Positions 17,624 to 26,130 of a stretch of 33,544 bases of DNA are shown piece after piece; positions within the stretch are counted from its first letter, which is position 1, and each line of letters begins with the position of its first letter. A program made the position numbers and the translations under genes. The notes under the pieces are model-generated. The model was not told where the DNA came from. It saw only the letters and a list, made by a program, of their open reading frames with translations, and ran no database searches. This DNA comes from a virus (Duplodnaviria > Caudoviricetes), in the IMG/VR virus record IMGVR_UViG_3300044878_000142, positions 1-33,544 of that record; one strand, 5' to 3'.

Positions 17624-18640
17624 TTACTCCAGCTCGATGTTTTCGATGAATGCCACGCACTCGTAGTCTTCGATCACGAAGGAATCGTTCGACGACTGGT
17701 AGGTTTCAACACGGTCGCGTTTCGGGTTGTCCATAACGCTCCGGCGCTGGGCACCCTCCTGCCAATACACCGAGAGGTTGGAAAGCTTGGTGATCAGGAT
17801 CGCGTTCGCCGGGAAGAACGGAACGCTCACTGCTTGGCGGTTACCAATGCGTTTTTGGCTGGAGATGAGGTCTTGAGCCGCCTTCTGCTCGGTTGGAGCC
17901 TGAACGGTGTTGACCAGCGGGAAGTACTTGTCTGCTAGCAGGGCACTACCGCAGATCGCGACGAGTTGAGTGTCCTCGCGATACCAAGGGGCGATCAGGT
18001 TGTTGACCGCGTCATAGACGACTGCGTCCAGGGTCTTGTAGTCGCCGTTCGGGCCGACTTTGATTTTGCCCGAGGCCGGTACAACTTCCTTCATCCAGCG
18101 GGACGGTGCATTCGCACGGATTTTTTGCAGCCAGCCGACGCCGACGTCTTGCAGCAGTGGATTCGTCGCGCGGTTGCTGGTCAGGGCGCGGCTGGTGCCA
18201 TTGAAGCCGACCATGATGCGGTCGAGTGCAATGCGTTGCAGGATCGCGTCACGGATCAACTGCTGGAACTGCGGGAATTTCGCCCAGGCATCCAGAATCG
18301 AGTACTTGAGGTGGGTGTCGTAGTTGATTTGCTCACAGCGGTAGCGGTTGCCATCGATCTCGAACAGGTCACGGGTCTCGCGGTCACCGGTGGCGGTGTC
18401 CTGCGTACCTGCGATCGGGCCAGTGATCATCAGGCCGAGGGCTTCGCCTTCTTGCTCGATGACGCCGATGACGTTGATGGATTTCAGGAACTCGCTGGTT
18501 TCCTGAATTTTGGCTTCCATGGTCTGCTGAACCTGAGGGGAAACCGCAAATTTGCTGGCTACTGCATCGGCGTCAACGCCATTCAGCCGCGCCACTTGGT
18601 CACGGTAGAGTTTGAGGGCTTGGCGGGTTTCGTTACGCAT
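17624..18640 (-). CDS. N: Major capsid protein gpN
   Basis: MRNETR, LDAWAKFP, IALDRIMVGFNG, NPLLQDV..GWLQ and LSNLSVYWQ motifs. Confidence 0.96.
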   Translation of the reverse strand: MRNETRQALKLYRDQVARLNGVDADAVASKFAVSPQVQQTMEAKIQETSEFLKSINVIGVIEQEGEALGLMITGPIAGTQDTATGDRETRDLFEIDGNRYRCEQINYDTHLKYSILDAWAKFPQFQQLIRDAILQRIALDRIMVGFNGTSRALTSNRATNPLLQDVGVGWLQKIRANAPSRWMKEVVPASGKIKVGPNGDYKTLDAVVYDAVNNLIAPWYREDTQLVAICGSALLADKYFPLVNTVQAPTEQKAAQDLISSQKRIGNRQAVSVPFFPANAILITKLSNLSVYWQEGAQRRSVMDNPKRDRVETYQSSNDSFVIEDYECVAFIENIELE

Positions 18641-18677
18641 AGATTGCTCCGGGCTTATGGGTATGGGCGGTCAGGGA

Positions 18678-19496
18678 TCAGCAGTCGGTAACGACCGCGC
18701 CTTTGTTTCCGGTGGCTGGTGGCCGATTGGTGCTGTTGTCCGGGGTGAAGTTGAGTTTCTTGGTCAGCTCATCCAGTGCTGCGCATTCGGTTTCCAGATC
18801 GGCAGAGAGCTTGTTGACCTTTTCTTCCAGGGCGGACACCGAGCTGAAACGCCCGAGCAGATCGCGCTGACTTTCGGCGATGGCTTCGATCGCTTGGCTG
18901 TGATCGGCGAAGTTGCCGTTGTCGGTTTTCGACTTGCCCGCGAGGAGTTCTTTGACCTTGGTGAACAGGGTCTTACCGTCTTCGTTCGATGCAGCAGCGT
19001 CCAGTTCGAGGGTGAACTCGACCGCTTCCGAGAACAGCGTGTCCGGGCTTTGTTTGCGGGCCGTCAGGGGGCTCGACTTGGCCGAGGCACTGAACTGCAG
19101 CATTTCGGTGCCCAAGCTGGCCGGGTCGTCGGTGACAGCCAGACCGACCAGATACGCTTCGTTGGTGTCAGCGAAGCTCGGGTGCACTTCCATGGAGGTG
19201 TAAATCTTCTGGCGGGCTTTCGTCATCGCGATCAGCTCGTCAGTCGGATCGATCACGGCAAACAGACCGAGCTTGTTGTCCTCGACAGGCTCAGAGGTCA
19301 ACGCGAGAACATCGCCGTAACGCTTGAAGGGGCTGTCCGGCAGAACGCCTTTGAGGTGTTCCAGATTGACGCGGGCACCGTATTTGGCCGGGTTGTAGTT
19401 CGCGGCCATCTGCTCGATCCAGCTACGTTCAATAACGCGGCCGTCGGTGGTGGCGCCTTCGGTGGCAATGCGGAATTTTTTCGATTTGCTGGCCAT
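18678..19496 (-). CDS. O: Capsid scaffolding protein/protease gpO
   Basis: KKFRIATEGATTDGRVI, YGARVNLEH, KIYTSME and YLVGLAVTDDPASLGTE motifs; ends in TDC. Confidence 0.95.
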   Translation of the reverse strand: MASKSKKFRIATEGATTDGRVIERSWIEQMAANYNPAKYGARVNLEHLKGVLPDSPFKRYGDVLALTSEPVEDNKLGLFAVIDPTDELIAMTKARQKIYTSMEVHPSFADTNEAYLVGLAVTDDPASLGTEMLQFSASAKSSPLTARKQSPDTLFSEAVEFTLELDAAASNEDGKTLFTKVKELLAGKSKTDNGNFADHSQAIEAIAESQRDLLGRFSSVSALEEKVNKLSADLETECAALDELTKKLNFTPDNSTNRPPATGNKGAVVTDC

Positions 19497-19586
19497 TTCC
19501 TGTCCTTTGCGATGTTCCCCAGTCGGGCTGGGCGATTGACGCAGCCATGTTGGGGATCGCTGGCAAGGACAGGCAACGGTGGCCTG

Positions 19587-19607
19587 ATGTGCCGGTAGGC
19601 AGCACAA
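19587..19607. promoter_or_regulatory. Ogr-type activator site between the divergent pO/pP late promoters
   Basis: ATGTGC-cggtaggca-GCACAA in the O-P intergenic region. Confidence 0.75.
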
Positions 19608-19654
19608 CAAGAGCCGATACGAGGTCGCACGCGCGCAACGGCATGCTTGCCGCC

Positions 19655-21409
19655 ATGAACGAGATTACTTCCGACCTTGACCCCCGCCGCCGCGCCCGTG
19701 CCCTTTACTGGCAGGGGTGGCGTATCGCTCGAATTGCCGAGCAACTCAACGAAAAGCCCGCGACGATCCATAGCTGGAAACGGCGGGATGCTTGGGACGA
19801 CTCCGATCCGATCGAACGGGTTGGCAGCACGCTCGAAGCGCAGCTCATTCAGCTGATCCTCAAGGAGTCGAAAGAGGGCAAGGACTACAAGGAAATAGAC
19901 CTGCTCGGTCGGCAGATCGAGCGGCTGGCTCGCGTCAAGCGCTACGAGAAGTCGGGCAACGAAGTTGATCTCAATCCGAACGTAGCCAACCGGAACAAGG
20001 GGCCTCGCAAGCCTCCCGAGAAGAACGCGATCAGCGAAGAGCAGCACGAGCAGTTGGTCGGCGCGTTCATGGACGGCTTGTTCGGCTACCAGAAACACTG
20101 GTATCGCGCGGGGCAGGTGGAGCGGATCCGCAACCTGCTGAAGTCCCGTCAGATCGGCGCAACGTTCTACTTCGCCCGTGAGGCGTTGATTGATGCACTG
20201 GAGACCGGACGGAACCAGATATTTCTATCAGCCAGTAAAGCCCAGGCGCATCAGTTCAAGTCGTACATCATCGACTTTGCACGGCAGGTGGCCGGGGTTG
20301 AGCTGAAGGGCGACCCAATCAAGCTACCAAATGGCGCCGAGCTGATTTTCCTTGGCACCAATTCCCGCACGGCTCAGAGCTATCATGGCAACCTCTATCT
20401 CGATGAGTACTTCTGGATCCCGCGCTTCAAGGAGCTGCGCAAAGTAGCGTCCGGCATGGCATCGCAGAAGCAATGGCGGCAGACGTACTTCTCGACTCCG
20501 TCCGCGATGAGCCATGAAGCCTATCCGTTCTGGACAGCCGAGCTCTTCAACAAGGGCCGACCGAAGGCCGACCACATCAAACTCGACGTTTCCCACAAGG
20601 CATTGGCTCCGGGCCGACACTGCGAGGATGGTCAGTGGCGACAGATTGTCACCGTGCTGGACGCTGAGAACGGTGGCTGTGACCTGTTCGATATCAATCA
20701 GCTCCGGCTTGAGTACGGACCGGGTGAATTTGAACAGCTCTTCATGTGCCAGTTCATCGACGATGGCGCGAGCGTCTTCGGCTTTGCCCTAATGCAGGCA
20801 TGCATGGTCGACAGTTGGGAGATGTGGGAGGACTACAAGCCGTTCGCGGTGCGTCCTTTCGCCGGTCGTGAGGTATGGGTTGGCTATGACCCGGCGGATA
20901 CGGGCGACCGTGCGGCGCTGGTCGTGCTGGCTCCGCCACTGGTGGCAGGGGGCAAGTTCAGGATCCTTGAGCGGCACCAGTTCAAGGGGATGGACTTCTC
21001 CGCCCAGGCGGAGGCGATCCGCAAGATCTGCGATCGCTACCGCGTGACCTACATCGGCATCGACGTCACCGGCTTGGGCAGCGGCGTATTTCAGTTGGTG
21101 AAACAGTTCCGGCCCGATGCCCGAGGCTTCAACTACAGCGTTGAGGTCAAGACCCGCTTGGTGTTGAAAGCCTACGACGTGATCAGCAAGGGCCGTCTCG
21201 AGTTCGATGCTGGAGCCTCGGAGATCGCAGCCTCATTCATGGCTATCAAGAAGACAACCACGGCCAGCGGCAGACAGGTGACATTTGCTGCTGGTCGATC
21301 CGAAGAAGTGAGCCACGCCGATCTGGCGTGGGCAACGATGCACGCCCTTTTCAACGAACCGCTGGAGGGGGCAACCCCGAGCAACTCCGGCTTCATGGAG
21401 ATTTACTGA
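19655..21409 (+). CDS. P: Terminase large (ATPase) subunit gpP
   Basis: ARALYWQGW, LKSRQIGAT (Walker A-like), LYLDEYFW (Walker B), WVGYDP and HADLAWA nuclease motifs. Confidence 0.96.
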   Translation: MNEITSDLDPRRRARALYWQGWRIARIAEQLNEKPATIHSWKRRDAWDDSDPIERVGSTLEAQLIQLILKESKEGKDYKEIDLLGRQIERLARVKRYEKSGNEVDLNPNVANRNKGPRKPPEKNAISEEQHEQLVGAFMDGLFGYQKHWYRAGQVERIRNLLKSRQIGATFYFAREALIDALETGRNQIFLSASKAQAHQFKSYIIDFARQVAGVELKGDPIKLPNGAELIFLGTNSRTAQSYHGNLYLDEYFWIPRFKELRKVASGMASQKQWRQTYFSTPSAMSHEAYPFWTAELFNKGRPKADHIKLDVSHKALAPGRHCEDGQWRQIVTVLDAENGGCDLFDINQLRLEYGPGEFEQLFMCQFIDDGASVFGFALMQACMVDSWEMWEDYKPFAVRPFAGREVWVGYDPADTGDRAALVVLAPPLVAGGKFRILERHQFKGMDFSAQAEAIRKICDRYRVTYIGIDVTGLGSGVFQLVKQFRPDARGFNYSVEVKTRLVLKAYDVISKGRLEFDAGASEIAASFMAIKKTTTASGRQVTFAAGRSEEVSHADLAWATMHALFNEPLEGATPSNSGFMEIY

Positions 21410-22437
21410 TGTCGAACACGCCCAACCCGCAGGCGATCGCAGATTCACCCGCGTCCAGTGCCGGGGCTATGGCCTTCAGCTTTGGCGACCCGGTGCCGGT
21501 TCTTGATCGGCGCGATATTCTCGACTATGCAGAGTGTCTGAACGCTGGACGCTGGTATGAGCCGCCGGTCAGTTGGGAAGGGCTCGCTCGGTCATACCGT
21601 GCCGCCGTTCACCACGGCAGCGCGATCCAAGTGAAGCGCAACATTTTGGTCAGTACGTTCCAGCCGCACCGCCTGCTGTCTCGATCGGACTTCGCGCGGT
21701 GGGTGTTGGACTATCTGACCTTCGGCAACGGCTATCTGGAACGCCGTGATAGTCGCCTGCGAACGGCGCTCACCTTGAAGCCTGCATTGGCGAAGTACGT
21801 ACGCCGGGGTGGTGACCTCAGCAACTACTGGTTCGTGCCGAGCTATGGCCTGGAGCACCAGTTCGCCGAGGGCTCGTTGTTCCACCTGATGGAGCCGGAT
21901 ATCAATCAGGAGGTGTACGGGTTGCCGGAGTATTTGGCCTCGCTCAGTGCGGCATGGCTGAACGAAAGCGCCACGCTGTTCCGTCGCAAGTACTACCTGA
22001 ACGGCTCGCACGCCGGGTTCATTTTGTACATGACCGATGCGGCACAGAACGAGCAGGACGTAGACGGGTTGCGCAAGGCGCTGAAGGATAGCAAGGGGCC
22101 GGGCAACTTCCGCAACCTGTTCGTGTATGCCCCGAACGGGAAGAAGGACGGCTTGCAGGTGATCCCAGTGTCTGAGGTCGCGGCCAAGGATGAGTTCTTC
22201 AACATCAAGAACGTGACCCGAGATGACATCATGGCAGCGCACCGCGTGCCGCCGCAGTTGATGGGCATCATCCCGAACAACACTGGCGGGTTCGGTGACG
22301 CGGGCAAGGCAGCCCAAGTCTTCTACCATCACGAGGTCGTGCCGCTGCAAGAGCGCTTCAAGGAACTGAACGAGTGGCTCGGCGATGAGGTGGTGACCTT
22401 CAAGCCATACGAGATGGCAGCCATCGGCACCGCCTGA
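21409..22437 (+). CDS. Q: Portal protein gpQ
   Basis: AFSFGDPVPVLD, WYEPP, DINQEVYGLPEYL, FRRKYYLNGSHAG and AHRVPPQLMG motifs; TGATG coupling to P. Confidence 0.96.
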   Translation: MSNTPNPQAIADSPASSAGAMAFSFGDPVPVLDRRDILDYAECLNAGRWYEPPVSWEGLARSYRAAVHHGSAIQVKRNILVSTFQPHRLLSRSDFARWVLDYLTFGNGYLERRDSRLRTALTLKPALAKYVRRGGDLSNYWFVPSYGLEHQFAEGSLFHLMEPDINQEVYGLPEYLASLSAAWLNESATLFRRKYYLNGSHAGFILYMTDAAQNEQDVDGLRKALKDSKGPGNFRNLFVYAPNGKKDGLQVIPVSEVAAKDEFFNIKNVTRDDIMAAHRVPPQLMGIIPNNTGGFGDAGKAAQVFYHHEVVPLQERFKELNEWLGDEVVTFKPYEMAAIGTA

Positions 22438-22455
22438 CGCTGACCCGCAACACCC

Positions 22456-22482
22456 AGCCGCCCCAAGAGGGCGGTTTTTTTT
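22456..22482 (+). terminator. Rho-independent terminator after Q
   Basis: GCCGCCC-caaga-GGGCGGT followed by a T-run. Confidence 0.85.
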
Positions 22483-22536
22483 GACCGGCCATCGGCCCCG
22501 GCTGCCACCCCCCCCCATTTTCACCCGGCGCGCGGA

Positions 22537-22555
22537 CTCGTTACCCCGCCACGCC
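22537..22555 (-). other. cos (cohesive end) site, P2/186 type
   Basis: Minus strand GGCGTGGCGGGGTAACGAG resembles the 19-nt P2-family cos core (GGCG[A/T]GGCGGGG...); lies downstream of Q and is flanked by GCGCGC. Confidence 0.8.
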
Positions 22556-22724
22556 TGCGCGCCTTTCGTGCCACTAAATATGCACCTGCATGAGTCCGGT
22601 GGAGGCCCCGTGCGCCGTGGGCTTCGAAGGGGGTGTCAGGCCTCTTAAAAACTTGCAGAATCATGCACCCAAGCGCATGCAGTGCAGCTTTCTGCGATGC
22701 CAGGGGGAGGGTCTATTTTGGGAA

Positions 22725-23005
22725 ACGGGTAACCAAAGTCATCGTGGTTATAATTCATGGCAAGCCTTTGTTTTTATTGGATTTTTCTGATTACCTTAAA
22801 TGCGTAATCCGGGGTAACCAAAATGGTAACGTGCTCGTAAAGCATTGATTTATAAGGGTTATTCGTATTGAGTAACTAACTCTTATAAAAGGTAATATGG
22901 TTACTACATAATTACTATTCAATTACCTTTATTCAATTGTGTTAACCCCTTGTTGATTATGGCTTGTAGGTGCATCAGAAGGGCTTGTAACCGGCGTTAC
23001 CTTTT
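22725..23005. repeat. AT-rich iteron-like array (GTAAY/RTTAC) with IHF-like sites; putative replication origin
   Basis: About 12 copies of GTAAC/GTAAT in both orientations within 280 nt; consensus IHF site (AATCAAtgctTTA on the minus strand) near 22838-22850. Confidence 0.55.
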
Positions 23006-23097
23006 TCTCGCACCCCCTCCGACTTGAAAACTGCAACCGCCCCGCGTGAGGCGTGCGCGCACGTATACAGTCGCGCATGATTGCTTTCGTCCAGGCG

Positions 23098-23124
23098 AAA
23101 AAAAGCCCCGATCGCGCGGGGCTT
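23098..23124 (-). terminator. Rho-independent terminator of the par operon
   Basis: Minus strand AAGCCCCG-cgcgat-CGGGGC followed by T7, 20 nt after the last par gene. Confidence 0.82.
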
Positions 23125-23143
23125 GATGGCCATCTTTTTCCGG

Positions 23144-23446
23144 TCACTGCTTCGATCTGATTTCAGCAGCGCGCCGCTGGATCTCCGGCAGCAGGATCGA
23201 CTCCAGCAACTTCTGTTTGCTCTTCACGTTGGTGTTCTCGTAGACGAACGCGAACTCATCGGCGGTCAGCTTCGAGCAGCGAAACAACATGCTTTCGGTG
23301 AGCTTGCCTTCCTGTTCGACTTTCCCGGTCGGAGCAGCGACGGCAGGTGCTACCGGCGTCGTTGTGTGAGTTTCGGCACCTTCCGCAAATCGGGCCAGCG
23401 CCTCAGGGTCTACGGGTTGCTTCTTGGGCGTAACGTCGAATCCCAT
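23144..23446 (-). CDS. Small ParA partner, putative centromere-binding protein (ParG-like)
   Basis: AAGGAG RBS; flexible N-terminus with ALARFAEGA and a Pro/Ala/Thr linker; C-terminal strand-helix-helix-like segment; downstream of parA. Confidence 0.6.
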   Translation of the reverse strand: MGFDVTPKKQPVDPEALARFAEGAETHTTTPVAPAVAAPTGKVEQEGKLTESMLFRCSKLTADEFAFVYENTNVKSKQKLLESILLPEIQRRAAEIRSKQ

Positions 23447-23462
23447 ATTCGCTCCTTTCATG

Positions 23463-23495
23463 TGATATCAGGTGTAACGATATCAAATGATATCG
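23463..23495. repeat. GATATC repeat array 1 (parC/operator-like)
   Basis: TGATATCA, CGATATCA and TGATATCG; shares AACGATATCAWATGATATC with array 2. Confidence 0.7.
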
Positions 23496-23504
23496 CTTTG
23501 ACTG

Positions 23505-23762
23505 TTAGTCATCATAGCTGTTCTCCAGCTGTCTCTTGGCTTTGGCCAGTGCAGCAATTGCACGTTCTTGAATGAAGTCAGGGACGTCTTCAAGGCCGTC
23601 AGCTAGCTCCGAGACGAACTCTTCCAGCGCTGACGACTCAGCTATGGCGTGACCTCGTGCCCATGACACAACGTTTGCTCCGTGTAGTTCACGGGGGATT
23701 TCCGGGTTGGTGCAATCTTTAAGTACCAGGGTGTCATAGCGGACGGTCTTCAAGTTACTCAT
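23505..23762 (-). CDS. Hypothetical protein (85 aa) inside the par operon
   Basis: ATG overlaps the parA 3' end by 8 nt; no recognisable motif. Confidence 0.65.
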   Translation of the reverse strand: MSNLKTVRYDTLVLKDCTNPEIPRELHGANVVSWARGHAIAESSALEEFVSELADGLEDVPDFIQERAIAALAKAKRQLENSYDD

Positions 23763-24417
23763 GGGTTGCACTCTGGTTATTCAGCAGGTGAGGGAACATC
23801 TCAGCGGCCAGCAACTGAACTTCTGCCCGTGCCTTGCCATTGCCCATTTCTACAACGCCTTTTCCTTCGAGCCATGCGTCTCTATAAATCTTGCGGTCAC
23901 GGATGATAGATCGGGCCATGGTGAAGCTTTCGAACTCGACGAGCAGGGTTTTGGCGTCAGCGACTTCATTGATCACCGGGTTTGTCGGTGCGCGAGACAG
24001 GACAGCAAACGCCTCAAGGTTGGGGTTGATTCCCTGTGCCAGCCCAATCAGTTCGTCGAGGTGGGGCAGCGTTTCAAGGTCTGCTTGGCTGGCCTGAGTA
24101 GGGATGATCATCCGATCCGCTGCCACCATCGCCGTGCGTAGTTCTTTGCTGTCGCGGCCACCTGCATCAATGATCACGAGCTGATAACGCTGGGCGAGAT
24201 CCTTCGCCGTCGCGAATACGTCTCCAGTCTTTTGAACGCAATGCACGACCGGAAGTCCTGCTTCGTTCCTCCGTGCAATGAACTTGGCGGCTGTGCCTTG
24301 TGGGTCAGCGTCCATCACTACGGTGTCCACGCCTTTAAGTGTCGCCCATACCGCGAGGTTGCCTCCGATGTTGCTTTTGCCTACACCGCCTTTCTCAGCG
24401 CCGATCAGTAGAATCAT
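23755..24417 (-). CDS. parA: Short ParA-family ATPase (type Ib)
   Basis: Deviant Walker A EKGGVGKS, A' motif DADPQG, Walker B VIIDAGG; no N-terminal HTH; GGAG RBS. Confidence 0.9.
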   Translation of the reverse strand: MILLIGAEKGGVGKSNIGGNLAVWATLKGVDTVVMDADPQGTAAKFIARRNEAGLPVVHCVQKTGDVFATAKDLAQRYQLVIIDAGGRDSKELRTAMVAADRMIIPTQASQADLETLPHLDELIGLAQGINPNLEAFAVLSRAPTNPVINEVADAKTLLVEFESFTMARSIIRDRKIYRDAWLEGKGVVEMGNGKARAEVQLLAAEMFPHLLNNQSATHE

Positions 24418-24435
24418 GATTCTCTCCGTATGACA

Positions 24436-24478
24436 TGATATGAAACGATAACGACTGAAACGATATCATATGATATCA
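24436..24478. repeat. GATATC repeat array 2 upstream of parA
   Basis: TGATATGA, CGATAACG, CGATATCA and TGATATCA, arranged as pairs at 10-bp spacing. Confidence 0.7.
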
Positions 24479-24574
24479 CTTTATGAGAATGACTTTGTGA
24501 GAGGTTGTTCGTCGGAAAAAAGGGGGGTTGAGCAAATGGAGGCGGGGAATTTTACGTCGAATTTTACGTATTGC

Positions 24575-24612
24575 AGAAACAACAAAGGCCTGCATCGCTG
24601 CAAGCCTTTGTT
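24575..24612 (-). terminator. Terminator downstream of the tRNA 3' fragment
   Basis: Minus strand AACAAAGGCTTGCA-gcga-TGCAGGCCTTTGTT followed by GTTTC; would terminate the reconstituted tRNA after integration. Confidence 0.65.
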
Positions 24613-24617
24613 TTGTA

Positions 24618-24663
24618 TGGTGCCGGCACCAGGAGTCGAACCCGGGACCTACTGATTACAAGT
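24618..24663 (-). mobile_element. attP core: 3' 46 nt of tRNA-Thr(UGU)
   Basis: Minus strand ACTTGTAATCAGTAGGTCCCGGGTTCGACTCCTGGTGCCGGCACCA has the anticodon loop (TGT), T-arm and CCA but no 5' half. It lies next to the integrase 3' end and is flanked by TTTACG repeats and an IHF consensus (24683-24695). Confidence 0.92.
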
Positions 24664-24772
24664 AAGGGAAACTTTACTTATAAATCAAGGCGTTGCGCCA
24701 TTTTATTTTACGCAGAAGGCCCGCTGCAAGCCTTGTTCGGCGTGGGGCCATGCGTTTGATTTACGTAGGGTT

Positions 24773-25921
24773 TTAGTCCGCTGAGGGGTTCACGAGCGGT
24801 ACGCTGAGGTCATAAATGTCCATCATCGCTTCGTCACGGTGACCGGACGCTTCCTGCTTGTCGGCTCGGGTGCCGACGGTATCGGTGATTCCTCGGCGCT
24901 TGAAGTCGTGCATTCCGAAGCGCTGCTCGGCGGTGATGATCTCGGCTTTGATGGCCTGGGTAATGAACCGTTGCCAAGCCGTGTCGAGGCTGGACTTTTG
25001 CAACGCGCCGCCGTGAGCAGCGGTGATGATCGGGCGTTGCTCTGCGGAGATCGGCACCGGCACGCGCTTTTTGCTCCAGATGTCGGATCGCACTTTCTTC
25101 GCGCTGTCCCATGCGGCACGCAGGCGTGGCGTCCATCGCACGATGTTGTCACGGCTGCCTTTGCGCCGGTTGGTCAGCACGCCGTCAGGGGTTTCATTTG
25201 CGTCGGTGAGCGTCACCGTCTCGATACCGCGCAAACGACAGAGGTAACTGATCTCCATCACGTACCACAGGTACGGCGCACACGCGCCAAGTTGGCCGCG
25301 TGTGAGCTGGCCCTGCTGTTGGGCGTACTTCACAAGCGCTTTCATGGCTGCGGGTTCTGGAAGGCGTCGCTGCTTGCGTTCCTTCGGCGCCTCGATTCCC
25401 TGCGCAGGGTTCGTCTCGACGAAGCCACGGTTTTTGCCCCATTGCATCGTTCGGCGCAGGTAGCGGAGTGCGTGTGCGGCCTTTGACGGCGTTCCTGCTT
25501 CGGCGATCCGGTCGATCACGCGCTGAACCAATGGCGCATTGAACTTGCGAACGGCCAGCTCACCGAGCGGCTTTTTGAGCTTGGTCGGAAAGGTCAGCAG
25601 GACGTCGCGGGAGTATTCGTAGTCAGCCTGGGTCTTTGGTTTCAGGCTTTTGAACCGATCGCTTTTGTGGAACTGCTCGCACAGGTAACGCAGGCAGTCG
25701 CGGTCAACCCCTGAACGTTCTTCCATCAGTCGGTGAAGCTCGGACAGGGTCGTAGTCGGTCCGGCCAGATTCGTCCGGCGTTGATTACCACCCTCGTCGA
25801 AAAACAACGTGTACCAGACACCGGCTCCGCGCTGGTCGAAGTAAACGGCTGCCGGTAAGGCAGCCTGATCGATGTGCGCCGGAATGTTCGGGTTGTGCTT
25901 GCGCTTTCTACCGCGTCTCAT
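24773..25921 (-). CDS. int: Tyrosine integrase (phiCTX-like)
   Basis: Catalytic motifs CRLR, RRKGS, HDFKRRG, SGH and IYD; adjacent to attP; ATG 25921 coupled to the upstream gene's stop. Confidence 0.93.
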   Translation of the reverse strand: MRRGRKRKHNPNIPAHIDQAALPAAVYFDQRGAGVWYTLFFDEGGNQRRTNLAGPTTTLSELHRLMEERSGVDRDCLRYLCEQFHKSDRFKSLKPKTQADYEYSRDVLLTFPTKLKKPLGELAVRKFNAPLVQRVIDRIAEAGTPSKAAHALRYLRRTMQWGKNRGFVETNPAQGIEAPKERKQRRLPEPAAMKALVKYAQQQGQLTRGQLGACAPYLWYVMEISYLCRLRGIETVTLTDANETPDGVLTNRRKGSRDNIVRWTPRLRAAWDSAKKVRSDIWSKKRVPVPISAEQRPIITAAHGGALQKSSLDTAWQRFITQAIKAEIITAEQRFGMHDFKRRGITDTVGTRADKQEASGHRDEAMMDIYDLSVPLVNPSAD

Positions 25922-26130
25922 CAGATGATTTCCGGGCTGTAGCTGTCCTGAGTCGGTGGAGTATAGCCACCGGCCTGATTGATCAGATCCGTGGTAGTCC
26001 ACGGGCCGTTCCGGCCCATGAACACCCGAATACCTTGTTCCTTGAGCGTGCGCTCGATGTCAGACCGGCGCTGATAGCCGGTGACTTGTTTCAGATCGTC
26101 GAAGCTGAGAATCCCTGAGACGTTGCTCAT
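25921..26130 (-). CDS. Putative excisionase/recombination directionality factor (DUF4224-like)
   Basis: LSFDDLKQVTGYQRRSDIERTLKEQGIRVF...GP; small winged-helix-like protein directly upstream of int. Confidence 0.75.
   Translation of the reverse strand: MSNVSGILSFDDLKQVTGYQRRSDIERTLKEQGIRVFMGRNGPWTTTDLINQAGGYTPPTQDSYSPEII

Noticed and set aside
18612-19598. 328-aa plus-strand ORF, and similar long antisense ORFs over N, T, FI, Q and int
   Set aside because: They lie opposite well-supported genes and lack recognisable domains.
19547-19654. N-terminal extensions of P, O, FI, V, L, T, Q and int in the ORF track
   Set aside because: They run through promoter dyads or upstream genes; downstream ATGs have RBS or stop-start coupling and match family N-termini.
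22440-22720. phiCTX-like cytotoxin or other cargo gene next to cos
   Set aside because: There is no ORF of suitable size between Q and cos, and no toxin, resistance or recognisable defence gene is seen.
22725-23005. CRISPR array or tandem repeat
   Set aside because: Repeats are only 5-6 nt, irregularly spaced and in both orientations, and there are no cas genes.
22590-23147. Small ORFs in the cos-par intergenic region
   Set aside because: No RBS or motif support, and they overlap the repeat array and terminator; the region looks non-coding.
24618-24663. Functional tRNA gene
   Set aside because: Only the 3' half is present, with no D-arm or 5' acceptor strand; it is the attP core.
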